Positions 7,339-10,459 of a DNA stretch of 10,459 bases are shown one piece after another; the first letter of the stretch is position 1; the number at the start of each line of letters is the position of its first letter. Below the pieces are notes generated by a model. That model did no database searches and was not told the DNA's origin. It was given only the letters and a program-made list of their open reading frames with translations. A program made the position numbers and the translations under genes. The stretch is from Candidatus Heimdallarchaeota archaeon (GTDB lineage Archaea > Asgardarchaeota > Wukongarchaeia > Wukongarchaeales > JBHIFL01), in contig JBHIFL010000115.1 in the NCBI GenBank assembly GCA_046761065.1, positions 1-10,459 of the forward strand, in the 5' to 3' direction.

Positions 7339-7899
7339 ATGTCAAGTGTCATTAACCTCTGGATTTTTTATGTTGCAGGCTATGCTATCGCCTATTCCTT
7401 GCAGATCTGGGCGAATAGAAAACGAGGAGAGCCTTTTGATGACCCTGAATTTTTATTTCAGGGTAAAAATATCATTGTTCCCGCCTTGTTATGGCTCATA
7501 GGAGGATTTATAATTAGCCTCTTTGTCCCCGTTAATTTTGGGTTTTTATTCTACCTGGGCTTATTTTTTGCCATTGTGGGATTACTCATAGGGGGATTAG
7601 CAATGTATTCGTTTGCACACGAACGCGGACTTACTACGACGAAAATTCATCGTTATTCAAGAAATCCGGTTTATGTTGGATGGACATTCTTTATTGGGGG
7701 TCTGTCTTTGATAGGTTGGTCTGAATCAGTCTGGAGCATCATTTTTCTTATTTATTTCATCATTACTTTACCTTATTTTCACTGGACCGTTTTGCTTGAG
7801 GAGGCCTTTTTAGCTACCAAGTATGGTGATTCCTACCAAGAATATCGGAAAATAACTCCAAGATATTTGGGGATACCAAAAAAGTTGCCTAGCCAATAG
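7339..7899 (+). CDS. Isoprenylcysteine carboxylmethyltransferase (Ste14/PEMT) family membrane protein
   Basis: Several hydrophobic segments, plus the motifs YSRNPVYVG and EEAFLATKYGDSYQEYRKITPRY. Confidence 0.88.
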   Translation: MSSVINLWIFYVAGYAIAYSLQIWANRKRGEPFDDPEFLFQGKNIIVPALLWLIGGFIISLFVPVNFGFLFYLGLFFAIVGLLIGGLAMYSFAHERGLTTTKIHRYSRNPVYVGWTFFIGGLSLIGWSESVWSIIFLIYFIITLPYFHWTVLLEEAFLATKYGDSYQEYRKITPRYLGIPKKLPSQ

Positions 7900-8021
7900 T
7901 TTGAACCAAGACCCATCCCGCTCATGGGGGACCCAATTCCGTATTCTCAAAGGGTTGGCAACTGTTGATATTTTTATTCTAGGTTATCTCTGTTGGAGGA
8001 CTTCGAAGTCCAGGTAGGACA

Positions 8022-8131
8022 TTGAAGTTCCACTTGTACGAGATAGAAATCTGGGTTTTCTTAAGCAGAAAGACCCCGTTCTTCTGAGTCTATCTCCACC
8101 CTTTCAGATGTAGTCTTCTCGCCAATTTGAG
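8022..8131 (-). mobile_element. Second IS200/IS605 left-end copy, possibly a ~110-bp miniature element
   Basis: tcttctcgccaatttgagataaa (8114-8136) is identical to 7274-7296. Internal hairpin gggttttct/agaaagaccc. A possible right end terminates in TTCAA at 8022 (uncertain). Confidence 0.6.
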
Positions 8132-8231
8132 ATAAACTCCTGTGAATTTTCCTTCTCTCGTGAGTTAAATATCCCTATTGCAAAAGATTCTTAGTCCCTC
8201 CCCATCTTCCTTAGAAGTGAAGTGGTTGGAT

Positions 8232-8471
8232 ATGTTCCCTGATAGAATTGTGGTTAACCCAAAAATCTTAGGGGGAAAACCAGTCATTAAAGGAACCCGC
8301 ATCCCCGTCTATATTATTTTACAAATGCTCCGGGATGGCGCGTCTTTTGAAAAAATCCTGAAAGAATATCCCCGCTTATCGGTTGAAGACCTTCGTGCAG
8401 TGTTGGACTATTCTATGTACCTAATTGATCCTGGGAATGAAGAAGAAATTCCGCTAAGTCAGGAACCTTGA
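8232..8471 (+). CDS. DUF433-family antitoxin
   Basis: RIVVNPKILGGKPVIKGTRIPV...ILKEYPRLSVEDLRAVLDY. The ATG at 8232 is preferred to the TTG at 8178. Confidence 0.92.
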   Translation: MFPDRIVVNPKILGGKPVIKGTRIPVYIILQMLRDGASFEKILKEYPRLSVEDLRAVLDYSMYLIDPGNEEEIPLSQEP

Positions 8472-8854
8472 GATGCAAGTCCTTGCAGTTAATTGTTGAT
8501 GAATGTTTAGCGGAGTCCACGGTGTCGCTCCTGCGTGAGCTCGGGTTTAAAATCGTGCAAATCAGCTCGATTCTATCTTGGGGCGCGGAGGATGAAGACA
8601 TTTTCAGGTTTGCATCCCACCATCAAATCCCCTTGATTACCCATGACCGACGATTTGGTCAAATCTACTTTGATTACGTGAAGGAGCCAGCCACCACCAT
8701 TATTCTTCAAGTACAGTCTCATCATCCTGAAGCTACGAATACTTTGCTACGTGATGCGTTTTCTAAAATCAATTTAACTACTGATAAATTTAAAGGAAAG
8801 TTAATTCTGATTTCATCGAGTCGGATTCGAATCCGCCAGAAGTCTAGTCCCTAA
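8468..8854 (+). CDS. DUF5615 (Mut7-C-like PIN) toxin
   Basis: LIVDECL...GAEDEDIFRFA...LITHDRRFG. It overlaps the DUF433 stop (TTGA). Confidence 0.88.
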   Translation: MRCKSLQLIVDECLAESTVSLLRELGFKIVQISSILSWGAEDEDIFRFASHHQIPLITHDRRFGQIYFDYVKEPATTIILQVQSHHPEATNTLLRDAFSKINLTTDKFKGKLILISSSRIRIRQKSSP

Positions 8855-8879
8855 AAGGAAATAGAATGAAACTACCTCA

Positions 8880-9036
8880 GAGCAGGAGACCCAGGGGGAC
8901 CTCCCGTCCCTGTCGCGAGGGAAGATCCTCGAGCCCTCGATGAGCCATCATTCCATGGTGAAACGCGTGCAACATGACACACACTCGGCGGCGTGAACGC
9001 GCCCACCGGACTCGGGGGCTTCGCGCTCCAAGGAGC
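8880..9036 (+). repeat. GC-rich intergenic repeat, copy F (full length, 157 bp)
   Basis: gagcaggagacccagggggacctcccgtccctgtcgcgagggaagatcctcgagccctcgatgagccatcattccatggtga...catgacacacactcggcggcgtg...gggggcttc...ccaaggagc. Confidence 0.93.
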
Positions 9037-9191
9037 TGGCCCCGTGACGTTCTGGGTCCACCGCTATCCCAGCGGCTTGTCTAGCTGGGATCGGATTATT
9101 CAGCTCTGGGTGCCTCGGAATGATGGGGTTATCACCCAAAACAATAAGTATCCTCATCGTATTGTCCATATTGGAGGGATTTAACGCTAAA

Positions 9192-9782
9192 ATGGCGGAT
9201 CTGAACAGAATGACCAAGGTTGACGTCTTAATAAATATCTTGACGAATGTTGAAGGGAGGATGAGCGATCGGGAGGATGCAGCTAATGAACTGGGGAGAT
9301 TAGGAGATAAAAAAGCGGTCATTCCGCTCCTCCATATCCTCCAAGAGGAAAATAGCAATCTTCGTGTGGTCATCGTGAAGAACCTTGGGAACCTCCGGGA
9401 TGCGCGAGCCCTTGACGCCCTCCTACAAGCAATGCAGGATGACCACCGAGTGGTTCGAAGAGCCACCGCCACCGCCCTTGGAAACTTTCAGGATGGGAGA
9501 GCCGTCCCCGTCCTCTTACAAGCCCTTCATGATAAAGACTGGGAAGTTCAACAACACGCCGCCAAAGCTCTTGAAGCGATTGGAGACCCAACGGTCGTTC
9601 CACTCATCGAGAGGCTCCAAGACGAATCCAAATATGTTCGTAGGGCCGCTGCTAGGGTACTCGGCGCGATCGGCGATCAAAAAGCGATCGAACCCCTGAA
9701 ACAGACGTTGAACGATGAAGATCGCGGGGTTCGGATAGTAGCTAAGAAATCCTTAGATAAAATCCGGGAAAAAACCCGTTGA
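9192..9782 (+). CDS. HEAT-repeat (PBS lyase-like) protein
   Basis: Repeated VRxxAAxALGxIGDxxAVxxLxxALxD units. The ATG at 9192 after GGAGG is preferred to 9120. Confidence 0.9.
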   Translation: MADLNRMTKVDVLINILTNVEGRMSDREDAANELGRLGDKKAVIPLLHILQEENSNLRVVIVKNLGNLRDARALDALLQAMQDDHRVVRRATATALGNFQDGRAVPVLLQALHDKDWEVQQHAAKALEAIGDPTVVPLIERLQDESKYVRRAAARVLGAIGDQKAIEPLKQTLNDEDRGVRIVAKKSLDKIREKTR

Positions 9783-9851
9783 CTCAGGAAGGTCGGAAAA
9801 AGAAAAGGAGACAACCGAGCGCCGGTTACGGGGCGCAACTGCTTGGGGGAT

Positions 9852-9881
9852 TTTCGCCGGGATTCTTCTCGCCAATTTGAG
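9852..9881 (-). mobile_element. Third IS200/IS605 left-end copy (truncated)
   Basis: tttcgccgggattcttctcgccaatttgagataaa (9852-9886) matches 7262-7296 at 34 of 35 nt, including the TTTAT target. Confidence 0.7.
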
Positions 9882-9937
9882 ATAAAAGCCTAGGGAGAAA
9901 CAAATCTTACAAAGACATTTTCAATTCACGTGTAGAG

Positions 9938-10459
9938 ATGCTGATTATGCATTCAAGACAACTGTTCTTAGATAGAATCAATGGGAAAGAGTCTTCTATG
10001 AAAAGAAAACCAGAAATTACACTTATTAATTGGAATGTTTCTAATCCATCTTTGCAGCGTGCACTAAACCAGATCGAATGATTGTTGAAATTAGATCCTA
10101 ATATAATAATACTAACAGAAACAAAGTTTTCTCAGGGTTGTGTATATTTAAACGATAGATTGATAAGTTTAGGATATCATGTAGTGTTCCCAAAACCTAA
10201 AGCACCCGGATATGGGGTGCTTTTCGCAAGCAAACTACACCCAAGAAAAACAAGTTTTGCAAACAACATTGATACTGATTTTCGTGCTCGTGTGATATCA
10301 GTAAAACTACCATATCTTGCAGCTGAATTGGAGATCGTTGCTGTATATGTTCCTAATAAGAGAGATGAAAAAAAGAAGAATTTCTTACAAAGTTTACTCA
10401 AGTCCTTAGATAATTCACCTCTAACATCAAATCGGATTTTTTGTGGGGACTTGAATATC
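9938..10459 (+). pseudogene. Endonuclease/exonuclease/phosphatase (ExoIII-like) gene with in-frame TGA; runs off the window
   Basis: ITLINWNV...QIE*LLKLDPNIIILTETK...GYGVLFASK...IVAVYVPN...IFCGDLNI. The TGA at 10079-10081 falls where ExoIII homologs usually have Trp. The start may be 9938, 9947 or 9998. Confidence 0.85.

Noticed and set aside
8935-8965. Hammerhead-ribozyme-like core in repeat F (CTCGATGA-GCCAT..ATGGT-GAAAC)
   Set aside because: The core reads CUCGAUGA rather than CUGAUGA. GAAA is not conserved in the other copies (GAGG, GAAG, GACG), and no convincing stems I/III were found.
1671-9036. CRISPR array or canonical integron attC interpretation of the repeat
   Set aside because: The units are about 157 bp with kb-scale, gene-containing spacers. 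There are no RYYYAAC/GTTRRRY boxes at the ends, and no integrase or cas gene in the window.
8948-9699. ORFs 8948-9472(-), 9370-9603(-) and 9385-9699(+)
   Set aside because: Largely shadow or alternative frames of the HEAT-repeat gene.
9814-9846. GC-rich hairpin after the HEAT gene (ccgagc/gcttgg, gcgcc/ggcgc)
   Set aside because: Single occurrence. It could be a terminator or eroded IS-end sequence, with too little support to call.

Overview
Accessory region of a probable archaeon (BRE/TATA promoters, GGAGG/GGTG ribosome-binding sites, archaeal-type VapB, DUF433 and DUF2283 modules). It begins with the 5' part of an RNase J-like metallo-beta-lactamase gene on the minus strand. The rest is a string of small cargo modules: five toxin-antitoxin pairs, a JAB/MPN-like protein with a small partner, an isoprenylcysteine methyltransferase-family gene, a HEAT-repeat gene and an ExoIII-type nuclease. 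The main observation is a GC-rich non-coding repeat of about 157 bp. It occurs six times (three near full length, three truncated), always in the same orientation and always between modules, which gives a cassette-array layout without canonical attC, CRISPR or IS signatures. A second repeat, an IS200/IS605-type left end next to a TTTAT target, occurs three times in the right half. One copy belongs to a 264-bp internally deleted tnpB element. Three cargo nucleases carry in-frame stops. All alignments and folds were done by eye.
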